NCBI GenBank assembly: GCA_963727525.1
Contig: CAVSGO010000006.1
Coordinates: 128,001 to 192,000, forward strand
DNA from: an uncultured bacterium
GTDB lineage: Bacteria; Krumholzibacteriota; Krumholzibacteriia; LZORAL124-64-63
DNA: 64,000 bases
Reading direction: 5' to 3'
Shown one piece after another: positions 1 through 8,701 of the stretch. Below the pieces are notes generated by a model. That model ran no database searches. It was not told the origin of the DNA and worked only from the letters and a program-made list of their open reading frames with translations. A program made the translations under genes and the position numbers. Within the stretch, counting starts at the first letter, position 1, and every line of letters starts with the position of its first letter.

Positions 1-1
1 C

Positions 2-490
2 GACTGGCAGAGTCTGACGTTCACGCCCTGGGTGACATGGGCCGGATCGAATCCTCCCGGCACGGTGGGTCTCGACGCGGTGGTGCACCTGATCAGCGAC
101 GACATCTACATCGATATCCGCTTCGATAGCTGGGGCATAGGCGGCGATGGCGGGGGCAGCTTCAGCTACGCGCGCGGCGAAAGCGCCGTGCCAGTGCCCG
201 ACGCCGTGCCGTCGCCGGAGATGACCCTCGCGGCCACGCCCAATCCGTTCAACCCGCGCGTCACGCTGTCCCTGGACCTGCCGCGTGCCGGCCGCGCCCA
301 GCTCGCGATCCTCGACGCCCAGGGGCGGGCGATTCGTTCCTTCGCCGCCACCGAACTCGGGGCCGGCGCCCACACCTGGGTCTGGGATGGCGCCGACGAC
401 GCCGGCCGTGCCATGCCCGCCGGCGTGTACTTCGCCCAGGCGACGGGCGATGCGGGTGTGGTGTCGCAGAAATTGACTCTTGTGAAGTAA
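2..490 (+). CDS. Secreted protein with C-terminal FlgD-Ig/T9SS-like sorting domain (5'-truncated by window edge)
   Basis: Frame open from base 2 to TAA at 488-490; C-terminal TPNPFNP...WDGADDAG...PAGVYF...KLTLVK pattern. Confidence 0.85.
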   Translation, partial: DWQSLTFTPWVTWAGSNPPGTVGLDAVVHLISDDIYIDIRFDSWGIGGDGGGSFSYARGESAVPVPDAVPSPEMTLAATPNPFNPRVTLSLDLPRAGRAQLAILDAQGRAIRSFAATELGAGAHTWVWDGADDAGRAMPAGVYFAQATGDAGVVSQKLTLVK

Positions 491-491
491 C

Positions 492-512
492 GTGCCACGA
501 AGAATGTTGACG
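492..512 (+). repeat. Left terminal inverted repeat of IS copy 1
   Basis: GTGCCACGAAGAATGTTGACG; reverse complement of 1694-1714 is GTGCCAAGAAGAATGTTGACG. Confidence 0.9.
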
Positions 513-540
513 GGTCCAGCGCTTGCCTGGACCCGTCCTC

Positions 541-1650
541 ATGAACATCAAAACACTCACTTCATGCCCCTCGCTTCCTCCCCACTGCCCCAACCCTAAC
601 TGCAAATACCACAAGCCTCAGCCGCAACCCTGGCCCTTCGCGCTCTTCGGCACGTTCTCCCGAAAGTCACCACCCTACACCGTCCAACGCTACCTCTGCC
701 TGGCCTGCGGCAGGACCTGCTCAGACCAGACCTTCCGCACCACATACTGGCTCAAACGCGCCGATCTCCTGCCCAAGGTCCACAAGCACGCCGTCTCAGG
801 CGCCGCCAATCGCCAGATCGCCAGGCTCCTCGACACCTCGCCGACGACCGTCGACAACCTCCTCGCCCGCCTCGGCCGACACTGCATCCTCTTCCATCGA
901 CACCTGGTGTCCCAGGCGTCACCCTTCGTGGACATCGCCATCGACGGGCTCGTCACCTTCGAGCACTCCCAGTATTTCCCCTACGAGATCGTCGCGGCCG
1001 TCGATCGCCGCTCCAGCTTCATCATCCACTTCGCCGAGGCCGAGCGGCGACGCAGCGGGGCGATGACCGACGAGCAGAAATGGAAACGGTCCCTCTTTGA
1101 ACAAAACTATGGCCGGCCGGACCCCAGGTCGTTGATGCGGGCGCTGCTCGAGGTGCTCTCGGTCTCGCTGGACGGCGCCACCGAGGCCCACATCTGGAGC
1201 GACAAGCACAAGACCTATCCCTACGCGATCGCGAAGCTACGGTATTGCAAGGTGATCCACGAGACGATCGACTCCCGTGAGCCGCGGACGAGTCGCAACC
1301 CGTTGTTCGAGGTCAACTTGCTGGACATGTTGCTGCGGCATTGTCTGAAAGACCACACGCGGGAGACGATCGCGTTCGGGAAGCGACGGCAGCATTCGAT
1401 CTACCGGCTGGCGATCTTCCTGGTGTGGCGCAACACGATCAAGTTGCGTCGGGAGAAGCGGTGCTGGAGCACGCCGGCGATGCAGATCGGGATCGCCACG
1501 AAGCCCCTGACCGAGGAGGAGGTGTTGTCGCGGCGGCTGTTCGTGTCGCATATCGAGTTGCCGCCGTTGTGGGATGACTACTACTGGCGACGGGTCGAGA
1601 CGCGGCCATTGAAGGTGAACCGGAGGCACGTGCTGACGTACGCCGCGTAG
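541..1650 (+). CDS. Transposase, IS1-like (Zn ribbon + HTH + RNase H-like domain in one ORF)
   Basis: CPNPNC...QRYLCLACGRT resembles the InsA Zn ribbon; RQIARLLDTSPTTV HTH; IAID, WSDK and LRH..RETIAF resemble the InsB catalytic region. ATG 541 chosen over TTG 523. Confidence 0.85.
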   Translation: MNIKTLTSCPSLPPHCPNPNCKYHKPQPQPWPFALFGTFSRKSPPYTVQRYLCLACGRTCSDQTFRTTYWLKRADLLPKVHKHAVSGAANRQIARLLDTSPTTVDNLLARLGRHCILFHRHLVSQASPFVDIAIDGLVTFEHSQYFPYEIVAAVDRRSSFIIHFAEAERRRSGAMTDEQKWKRSLFEQNYGRPDPRSLMRALLEVLSVSLDGATEAHIWSDKHKTYPYAIAKLRYCKVIHETIDSREPRTSRNPLFEVNLLDMLLRHCLKDHTRETIAFGKRRQHSIYRLAIFLVWRNTIKLRREKRCWSTPAMQIGIATKPLTEEEVLSRRLFVSHIELPPLWDDYYWRRVETRPLKVNRRHVLTYAA

Positions 1651-1693
1651 TGAGAAAGTCGGGCCTAGCGGGCGAGATCTCGGTGCGAAGCCT

Positions 1694-1714
1694 CGTCAAC
1701 ATTCTTCTTGGCAC
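1694..1714 (-). repeat. Right terminal inverted repeat of IS copy 1
   Basis: CGTCAACATTCTTCTTGGCAC, inverse of 492-512. Confidence 0.9.
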
Positions 1715-1738
1715 AACTGACGTTTCGTGGGTGGAATG

Positions 1739-1777
1739 ACCAGAGCCCGCCTCCCGGACGGGAAGGCGGGCTCTGGT
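1739..1777. terminator. GC-rich hairpin, probable terminator downstream of the CHRD gene
   Basis: ACCAGAGCCCGCCT ... AGGCGGGCTCTGGT 14-bp perfect stem; no strong U-tract. Confidence 0.55.
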
Positions 1778-1793
1778 TCGAGCGGTCTGGAGA

Positions 1794-2267
1794 TTACTGG
1801 AAGATTGCCTTGATCGAACCGAAGGTAAGATTCTCGACAGGGACGGCACAGAACGTCACCTGGCCGCGGATGGCGCCGCCAGGATACTCGGTGCTGTGCG
1901 CCTGGATGTAGATATTCCCATCCAGGAGGGCCTGCGCCTCGGCGGGTGTCACGTTCCACGTGCCCGTCTTGACCGGGCCCGAGGGCAGCGTGAAGACGAC
2001 CGGGCCATTGTCGCCCATGGCGGCCATGTGGAAGTGACAGGCCGTCTCGTCGGGAAGGTTCTGAATCTCGACGTAGAAGGTGACCTGCGTCTGCGCCGCG
2101 TTCAGGAACAGCGATCCGTGTCCGGTCGCCGGCGATGCCGTGGGCGGCACGACCTCAGAGCCGTCCATACCCGAGAGGAACGCCGACTCGGACGCGAATG
2201 CCGCGCCCGCCGTGGTGATCAACAAGGCAAAACTTGTGATGAGCAAAGCATTAATGATTTTTCGCAT
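1794..2267 (-). CDS. Secreted CHRD-domain protein with C-terminal 'TFGSIKAIFQ' tail
   Basis: Signal peptide; GSEVVPP..S.ATG, HFH.A..G.NGPVV and YIQAHS..YPGGAIRGQ CHRD motifs; RBS AAGGA before ATG 2267. Confidence 0.85.
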   Translation of the reverse strand: MRKIINALLITSFALLITTAGAAFASESAFLSGMDGSEVVPPTASPATGHGSLFLNAAQTQVTFYVEIQNLPDETACHFHMAAMGDNGPVVFTLPSGPVKTGTWNVTPAEAQALLDGNIYIQAHSTEYPGGAIRGQVTFCAVPVENLTFGSIKAIFQ

Positions 2268-2423
2268 GCGGTGAGTCCTTTCATTGAACACGTCGGCATG
2301 AATGCGGATTGTCGACATTGGCATGGGCGAGCCGACGTCACCGTCATGAATAAATCCAATCCGGTGGACTTGCTAGTTCATGTGCCCTGAAAATGGGGAT
2401 TCGTATGCGGTCATGTGGCATGA

Positions 2424-4400
2424 TCACGTGTCGGCGAGGAATATCTCGTCGTCGCCGCCGAGTATGCGTGAAAGTCCGAAGCCGGCGCCGCCAAACAGGA
2501 TGGTGCCCGCGGCGACCAGCACGAAGACGCCGCGCCAGGGCGTGCCGGCGAAGCGCACCGAGACGTTGCGCGCCGGGCCTCCGTCCACGGAGAGCGATGC
2601 GACACCAGCCTGGGCGGGGGTCCACGCCACCCGCCCGCCGGGGCCGACCGGTATGGTCTCGGTGCGCGCGATGCGGCTGCTGGGCCGGTAGGTGACGACG
2701 AGGGAATCGGCGCCGGGCAGTTCGAGCTTGACGGGCTGCCCCACGTGCAACGTCTCCTGGATCGGCGGCACCGGCATCTGCGCCGACGCGCGTGCGGGCG
2801 CGAGCCATGCGCATAGTCCGACCGCCGCGAGGGCCAGCACCTGCAGCGTCTTCCCGCCACCACTGCCGGATGGCGTCTTGCCGCGAGCCTGCGTGATCAG
2901 GGCTGCGACGAGCACGGTCCCGACCAGGCAGGCGATGGGGACGAACACTACGAGCCACTTCAATCCCGCGGGCGTGCTGCTGTCGCCGTACAGTTCGGGG
3001 CCGGTGAATTCGCCCACGAGGCTCCAGATCAGGATCGCGCCGAGCAGCGTGGGGGCGCCGAAGCGGATGACGTACTCGTACCAGCCACCGAGTGGGATCT
3101 TCGAGTACTGGTTGACGGCCGCACGCAGCTTGTCGGCGCCGAGCACCCAGGCCACGATCAGCGTCTCGAACAACCCGACTGTGATGAGCGCGTAGCTGAA
3201 CACCCAGTGGTCGACGAGATCGAGCAACGTGAGGCCGAGCGTGCCGTTGCCGTTCAACCCGGGATCCACGATGTGGGGCAGGACGAAGAACGCGCTGAGC
3301 GCCGCGCAAGGGATGACGATGACCGCCAGCGCCCGCTGGCGCGTGATGCCGAACTTGTCGATCACCGCGCTCACCATGCCCTCGATGAGCGAGACCGATG
3401 ACGTGAGGCCCGCCGTGGTGACAAGCAGGAAGAACAGGAACCCGAAGAAACGCACGCCCCACGGGAATGCCGCGATGCCCTGGGGCACGACGAAGAACGA
3501 AAGCGAGAGCGTGGTGCCGGCCGGATTCAGCGAGAACACGAAGAGCAGCGCGAAGATGGCGACGCCGGCGATGTACTCGAAGCCGCAATTGAGGAACGAG
3601 ATGGTGAGCGCATTGGCGACCTGGTCCGACTTTTTCGGCAGATAGGATGCGTAAGTCGTGAGCACCCCGAGTCCGAGGGAGAGCGAGAAGAACATCTGGG
3701 CGAAGGCGCCTCGCCAGACCTGCGCACTGAGGATGCCCTCGGGGGCGGGAGTGAAGAGGTAGAGCACGCCGTCCAGCCCGCCGTCGAGCGTGAGCCCGCG
3801 GACGATGAGGCCGATCATGAATATCCACATGAGGGGTACGAAGATGCGTACCATCGCCTCGATCGTGCGGGTGCCGCCACGCAGCGCATACGCATTGATC
3901 GCCCAGACCGTCGCCAGCGCGGCGAGCGGCCACCAGGTGGTGATGAGATGGAAGAAGTACGCGATCGCGCTGGGCGCGGCCGACGGCTGGCTGAAAGGCG
4001 CGAATGGAGCACTCACGCCCGGCCGGAACAGGCCGCCGAGCGAGCCGATCATCATCGCGAACGACCACCCGATGATCACCACGTAATACGCCGTGATGAT
4101 GAACTGCGCGGCCACCGTCCACCAGCCGAGAAGCTCTGCCCGCTTGCCGCCGACCTCGCGCAACGCGTTCGGGAACGACTTGCCCGTGATCGTGCCCAGG
4201 CCCAGTTCGAGAATCATCACGGGAATGCCCAGCGTGAATAGTGCCACGAAGTAGGGCAGATAGAACGCTCCGCCGCCATACTGGTAGGCGTTGGACGTGA
4301 AGAAGACGATGTTGCCGAGGCCGATCGCCGACCCGCTGGCCGCCAGGACGAACCCGATCTTCGAGTTCCAGGCGCCACGCTTGGCTTGAGTGTCGCTCAT
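2424..4400 (-). CDS. Sodium-dependent transporter, NSS/SNF family, with a fused C-terminal extension
   Basis: GSAIGLGNI, GGGAFYLPY, AFAQMFFSLSLG and AGLTSSVS motifs; about 12 TM segments; GGAG RBS before ATG 4400. Confidence 0.92.
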   Translation of the reverse strand: MSDTQAKRGAWNSKIGFVLAASGSAIGLGNIVFFTSNAYQYGGGAFYLPYFVALFTLGIPVMILELGLGTITGKSFPNALREVGGKRAELLGWWTVAAQFIITAYYVVIIGWSFAMMIGSLGGLFRPGVSAPFAPFSQPSAAPSAIAYFFHLITTWWPLAALATVWAINAYALRGGTRTIEAMVRIFVPLMWIFMIGLIVRGLTLDGGLDGVLYLFTPAPEGILSAQVWRGAFAQMFFSLSLGLGVLTTYASYLPKKSDQVANALTISFLNCGFEYIAGVAIFALLFVFSLNPAGTTLSLSFFVVPQGIAAFPWGVRFFGFLFFLLVTTAGLTSSVSLIEGMVSAVIDKFGITRQRALAVIVIPCAALSAFFVLPHIVDPGLNGNGTLGLTLLDLVDHWVFSYALITVGLFETLIVAWVLGADKLRAAVNQYSKIPLGGWYEYVIRFGAPTLLGAILIWSLVGEFTGPELYGDSSTPAGLKWLVVFVPIACLVGTVLVAALITQARGKTPSGSGGGKTLQVLALAAVGLCAWLAPARASAQMPVPPIQETLHVGQPVKLELPGADSLVVTYRPSSRIARTETIPVGPGGRVAWTPAQAGVASLSVDGGPARNVSVRFAGTPWRGVFVLVAAGTILFGGAGFGLSRILGGDDEIFLADT

Positions 4401-4726
4401 CTCTTTCTCCGGACCGTGGCGCCGACCCGCTGGCCGGCGCGCGCACATGAGCCGCAAGGGGTGGAAAGACCGAAACCGAGGGGAAAGTCGGCGGGCTGTC
4501 CCTGGCCGCGGCAACCAGTGTCTCCACTGCAAAGCGCGAAGTCTATCATAGAATTGCTCCTGTTGCCGCCCCGGCCCCGGTGTGCGAGCGCGGTCCTGCT
4601 GTCCATGTCCTGGCATCCGAGGTGGCCCTGAAGTCGGGCGACCGCAGGTCGTTACGTGTGGCCGGCTATCTTCTTAACGTGTTGTGATACAGTCATATAT
4701 AAGGATAATCCCAATATCGTGACGGG

Positions 4727-4756
4727 TTGACTCCCGAAACAAGAGCATGCTAGTCT
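4727..4756 (+). promoter_or_regulatory. Putative sigma70 promoter for the 4824 gene
   Basis: TTGACT-N18-TAGTCT with TGn extended -10, downstream of an AT-rich tract. Confidence 0.5.
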
Positions 4757-4823
4757 GATCTCTTCCCTGGCGGCGTGAATCCATGCTGCCACCCTCTGGC
4801 CCCCTCAACCCCTGAGGTGAATC

Positions 4824-7598
4824 ATGACCAACCCCCTACGCCTCCACGCGGCCCTATTCGCGAGCGCGCTGGCGCTCGCGGGGCCGTTAGACCTGGCCGA
4901 CGACGCGTCGGCCGGCGAGCCGATGCGCCAGCGCGGCCCATTGCCGGCGTCCAAGAGTCTTACCCATACCGAGGCGCGTTCGATCAACCACGTGCTCGGC
5001 GCACGCCTCGCCGAGGCCGATTGGCCGCAGAAGCTCACCGATGGCGACGACGCCACGGGTCTGGCCGCGGCGCAGATCGCCGTGCGCTATGCCGGTGCCG
5101 CCGAGTGGACGAACGAGATCGAGCTCCGCTACCGTGGGGAGGGCACGGTGGTCGTCGATCTTCTGCGTCCGCACGAGAAGTGGATCTACGATGCCACCCG
5201 CATCGCTCTGCCGGCGTCCAGCGAGTGGGCCACCACGGTGATCGCCGTCGCCCCGGATCGTTACCAGGGCGTCACGCTGCATCTCGAGAGCAACCCGAAT
5301 CGCCCCGTGCCCGAGGTGTCCGAGCTGGGCGCCTACTGGTTCGAGGAAGAACTCATGCGCGACGCGGCCGAGACCGCGGACGAGTGGTGCGAGGATTACC
5401 CTGGCTCCGGCAACGACCTCTCCACGCCGAATGAGACCGCCCAGCGTTTCAGCGACTATCTCCGCGACCACGGCTGGACCTGGAAGTTCGACTACGGCAA
5501 CGGTCTGGCCTGGGAGCAGGACTTCAAGCGCCAGGACCTCGGCGGGACCAACAACAGCTATGCCGATGCCACCGACGCCATCATCTACTGCGGGCACGGC
5601 ACGACCAATGCCACCTTCATGGCCGACACCTCGCACGACGACTCGGCCATCTCGTCGTCCGACATCGACGGCGCCTGGGGCGACCTCGACCTCGAGTGGG
5701 CCTGGTTCCACTGCTGCCTCAACCTGAGCAGCACGTCCTGGCACCATGCCCTCAACGGCGCCCACACCATCTCGGGCGCGATCAACGTCATCAATGGATC
5801 GAGCAACTGGGGCAAGACGATCGCGCAGAAGCTCATCGACAACGGGATCTTCGATTCCGCGTGGAGCATCTACTCCGCGTGGTGGCACTCGAACGACACC
5901 AATCAGCCTGCGGGCAACCAGTTCCGGCTGCTTGCCGAGGACCAGGGGCACTACAACGAGCACATCTGGGGGCAGGGCACCGTGCTGGCCGACAGCCCCG
6001 ACGCCACGCACTGGACCGTGTCTCACACCGTGAGCAAGGCCGCCGGCGGCAGTGACGTCTTCGACCCCGAAGCCGCGCAACCCACCAGCGACGCGATCGA
6101 CTGGCGCGCACCGCCAAGCCTGGGCGATCCGGCGCAGCCGGCGCTCAAGGTGCGTGTGCACCCGGAGGTGCTGCAGAAGGCGCTGCCGCAGTCGGCGTAC
6201 ATGCTCGACGTCTTGCCCTCGGGCCTGGATGACGGCGTGACGGCGCAGTTCTTCGAGCGTCTGTGCGGCAGCCTCCAGCTCGACTGTGGCGACCTCGCGG
6301 TCGGCCGCGAGGATGCGAGTGGCTACGCGGCGGCGTCGGGGCTGGCGTGCCTGTCGGGCGATATCGCGTCGGGCGGCTGGCAGTTCACGAACGAGGAGCT
6401 GCACATGGTGCCCGAGCACGAACCGGACGGCATCATTTCGCCTGACGAAGCCTCGGAACGCGCGCTCAGCTTCCTGTCCGGCCTCGACCTTCTCCCGCAG
6501 GGGAACTTCTTCGCCGGCGTGCGCACTCTCGAAGCGGCGGAGATCGGCGCCGACGACGAGATCATCCAGTCGTTCCCCTTCGCCTTCGACGTGGTGGTCG
6601 GCCACACGTTCGGTCCGCAGGGCGAGGCCTTGCCCGTGGTCGGCGCGGGCGGCCGCACGCATGTGTCGGTGGGGCCCGACGGTTCGATCCAGGCCTTCAA
6701 CCAGGTGAGCCGTCAGACTCAGCCGCGGTCGGCGGTGGACGTGATCAGCGTGGCGTCGGCCCTCGATCAACTCGCGGCCTTCGGCTACCTCTCGCTGCAG
6801 ACGGCGCCGGAATTCGCCGCCCACACCGTCGAGGTACGCGATGCCAACCTGGGTTACTTCGAGCGCTCTATCGGCGACCCGCAGCAGACGATAGGGCCCG
6901 TGTACTACCTGGACGTCGACCTCATCGGCGATGATCCACAGCGCGACGGCGCCCAGATCAGCGTGGCGGGCCGCATCTACATGGCGGCCGACACCATGCC
7001 GGTGCACTCGCATATCCTGGCGCCGGGCGATGGGCAGAGCTTCGAATACGGTCAGAACATCGCCTTCCGCGGCGACGCCAGCGACGGCACGCCGCCTTAT
7101 CAGTACCGCTGGTACTCGGATCTGCACGGGCTGCTCTCGGCGCAGCAGAACTTCAGCACCGATCAGCTCAATCCTGGCTTCCGCGAGGACGGCTCGCCGG
7201 CGCCCATCACGATCGAGCTGCGTGTGACCGATGCCAACGGCTACGAGGCGACCGACCAGATCGCCATCGTGATCACCGGTATCGTGGGCGTGGAGGACAT
7301 CCCCGCCGCATTCGCGCTCGCGCCGAACCGCCCGAACCCCTTCAACCCGCGCACGACGATCTCCTTCGCGTTGCCGCAGGCCGGCCACGCGAACCTCCGT
7401 ATCCTCGACCTGCGCGGTCGTCTGGTGCGTACCCTCGTCACGGAAGACCTGCCCGCCGGCCGCCACGCCCGCATCTGGGACGGCACCGACACGAGCGGCC
7501 GCCCCGTGGCGTCGGGCGTCTATCTCTACCGCCTCGACGTGGACGCCCAAGACGGCACCCACTTCACCGAATCCCAGCGGATGACTCTGGTGCGATAG
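4824..7598 (+). CDS. Secreted DUF6345-like protein with PKD-like and FlgD-Ig C-terminal domains
   Basis: Signal peptide; AWEQDFK, YCGHG, WGDLDLEW..FHCC; GTPPYQYRW PKD-like segment; PNPFNP...ASGVYLY C-terminus. Confidence 0.75.
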   Translation: MTNPLRLHAALFASALALAGPLDLADDASAGEPMRQRGPLPASKSLTHTEARSINHVLGARLAEADWPQKLTDGDDATGLAAAQIAVRYAGAAEWTNEIELRYRGEGTVVVDLLRPHEKWIYDATRIALPASSEWATTVIAVAPDRYQGVTLHLESNPNRPVPEVSELGAYWFEEELMRDAAETADEWCEDYPGSGNDLSTPNETAQRFSDYLRDHGWTWKFDYGNGLAWEQDFKRQDLGGTNNSYADATDAIIYCGHGTTNATFMADTSHDDSAISSSDIDGAWGDLDLEWAWFHCCLNLSSTSWHHALNGAHTISGAINVINGSSNWGKTIAQKLIDNGIFDSAWSIYSAWWHSNDTNQPAGNQFRLLAEDQGHYNEHIWGQGTVLADSPDATHWTVSHTVSKAAGGSDVFDPEAAQPTSDAIDWRAPPSLGDPAQPALKVRVHPEVLQKALPQSAYMLDVLPSGLDDGVTAQFFERLCGSLQLDCGDLAVGREDASGYAAASGLACLSGDIASGGWQFTNEELHMVPEHEPDGIISPDEASERALSFLSGLDLLPQGNFFAGVRTLEAAEIGADDEIIQSFPFAFDVVVGHTFGPQGEALPVVGAGGRTHVSVGPDGSIQAFNQVSRQTQPRSAVDVISVASALDQLAAFGYLSLQTAPEFAAHTVEVRDANLGYFERSIGDPQQTIGPVYYLDVDLIGDDPQRDGAQISVAGRIYMAADTMPVHSHILAPGDGQSFEYGQNIAFRGDASDGTPPYQYRWYSDLHGLLSAQQNFSTDQLNPGFREDGSPAPITIELRVTDANGYEATDQIAIVITGIVGVEDIPAAFALAPNRPNPFNPRTTISFALPQAGHANLRILDLRGRLVRTLVTEDLPAGRHARIWDGTDTSGRPVASGVYLYRLDVDAQDGTHFTESQRMTLVR

Positions 7599-7615
7599 CG
7601 CCGGTTCTCCGTCAC

Positions 7616-7644
7616 GGCGCCCCGGTCTTCCGGACCGGGGCGTC
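7616..7644 (+). terminator. Hairpin after 4824-7598
   Basis: CGCCCCGGTC-TTCCG-GACCGGGGCG. Confidence 0.55.
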
Positions 7645-7759
7645 CGCGTATCCGCTTTCGTGGTGCCGGCACCATGGGAACCGCCCTGGCTCTTCCGGTG
7701 TTCTTGCGCGATCATCGGCTCGTCAGTCCCGAGTTGCCGTTTCTGCGAAAGGTCCCCCG

Positions 7760-8701
7760 ATGCGCGCCGTCCGCCTGCTCTTCGTTCCGCTCTTCGTGTG
7801 TGCCGCCGCGATCGCCGCCGCCCAGCCACTGGCCAACCAGCCGCCGGCGCCGTCTGCCGGCAAGGCGGTGACGATCATCTATGCCACCGACATCCGCGGC
7901 AAGATCGACCCGTGCGACTGCAAGTATGATCCGCGGGGAGGGCTGCCGCGCATGGCGACGTTCTTCAACGGACTGTGGGACGCGGGGGTGCGGCCGCTCA
8001 CCGTGGATGCGGGCGATCTCTTCGGCGCGCCCGACGCCGCAGACCGCCAGCAGACCCAGTTCCTGTGCCACCAGATCGCGTCGTTCGGGTACGACGCCAT
8101 CGGTCTCGGCGAGAAGGATCTGAACTACGGTCTGCCGTTCCTGAAGGATGTGATCGCGAACGACCACCTGCCCTTCACGAGCGCCAATGTGCACGACGCA
8201 CACACCGGCGAACTCATCCTGCCGGAGTATCTCGTCGTGGAGAAGGAGGGCGTGAAGTTCGGCATCGTCAGCGTGCTCGACCCGCAGCATCCGATCGCTC
8301 CGCTCGGCGGTAGCGGCAGTGACTTCACGGTGGACGATCCGGTGACGGCGTTGCGCGATGTGTTGCCCGCGGTGCGCATGGTGAGCGATACGGTGGTGCT
8401 GCTCAGCCACCTCAGCGAGAACCGCACCCGCGACCTGCTGCGCCAGGTGGACGGCGTGGACATCGCCGTGGGCGGCCACACGAACGCGTCCCTCGAGTCG
8501 GCGCAGTACGTGGGCGACGTGTTGAACCTGTGCGCGGCCTTCGAGAGCCGCTACCTTGGCCGCGCCGACGTGCGCCTCGCCGGGAGCGACGGCCACGTGC
8601 TCTCGGCCGACGTGCATGTGATTCCCCTCGACAACTCGGTGGCCGACGACAAGGAGATGGCCGCCCGCGTGGCTGACTTCAAGGCCCAGCGGGGGATGTG
8701 A
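7760..8701 (+). CDS. Exported UshA/5'-nucleotidase-like metallophosphoesterase N-terminal domain with CxC motif
   Basis: Signal peptide; TDIRG, PCDC..GGLPR, DAGDLF, GEKD, LSH and GGHT motifs; lacks the C-terminal substrate-binding domain. Confidence 0.8.
   Translation: MRAVRLLFVPLFVCAAAIAAAQPLANQPPAPSAGKAVTIIYATDIRGKIDPCDCKYDPRGGLPRMATFFNGLWDAGVRPLTVDAGDLFGAPDAADRQQTQFLCHQIASFGYDAIGLGEKDLNYGLPFLKDVIANDHLPFTSANVHDAHTGELILPEYLVVEKEGVKFGIVSVLDPQHPIAPLGGSGSDFTVDDPVTALRDVLPAVRMVSDTVVLLSHLSENRTRDLLRQVDGVDIAVGGHTNASLESAQYVGDVLNLCAAFESRYLGRADVRLAGSDGHVLSADVHVIPLDNSVADDKEMAARVADFKAQRGM

Larger units (their letters stand above)
492..1714 (+). mobile_element. IS1-like insertion sequence, copy 1 (1223 bp)
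   Basis: 21-bp terminal inverted repeats (20/21 match) enclosing one transposase ORF; near-identical inverted copy at 29671-30893. Confidence 0.9.

Noticed and set aside
4887-7829. 980-aa antisense ORF (similar long shadow ORFs at 20304-22769, 44070-47534, 25384-27435 and 2344-4527)
   Set aside because: They overlap well-supported genes, have no recognisable motifs, and are expected from stop-codon scarcity in high-GC DNA
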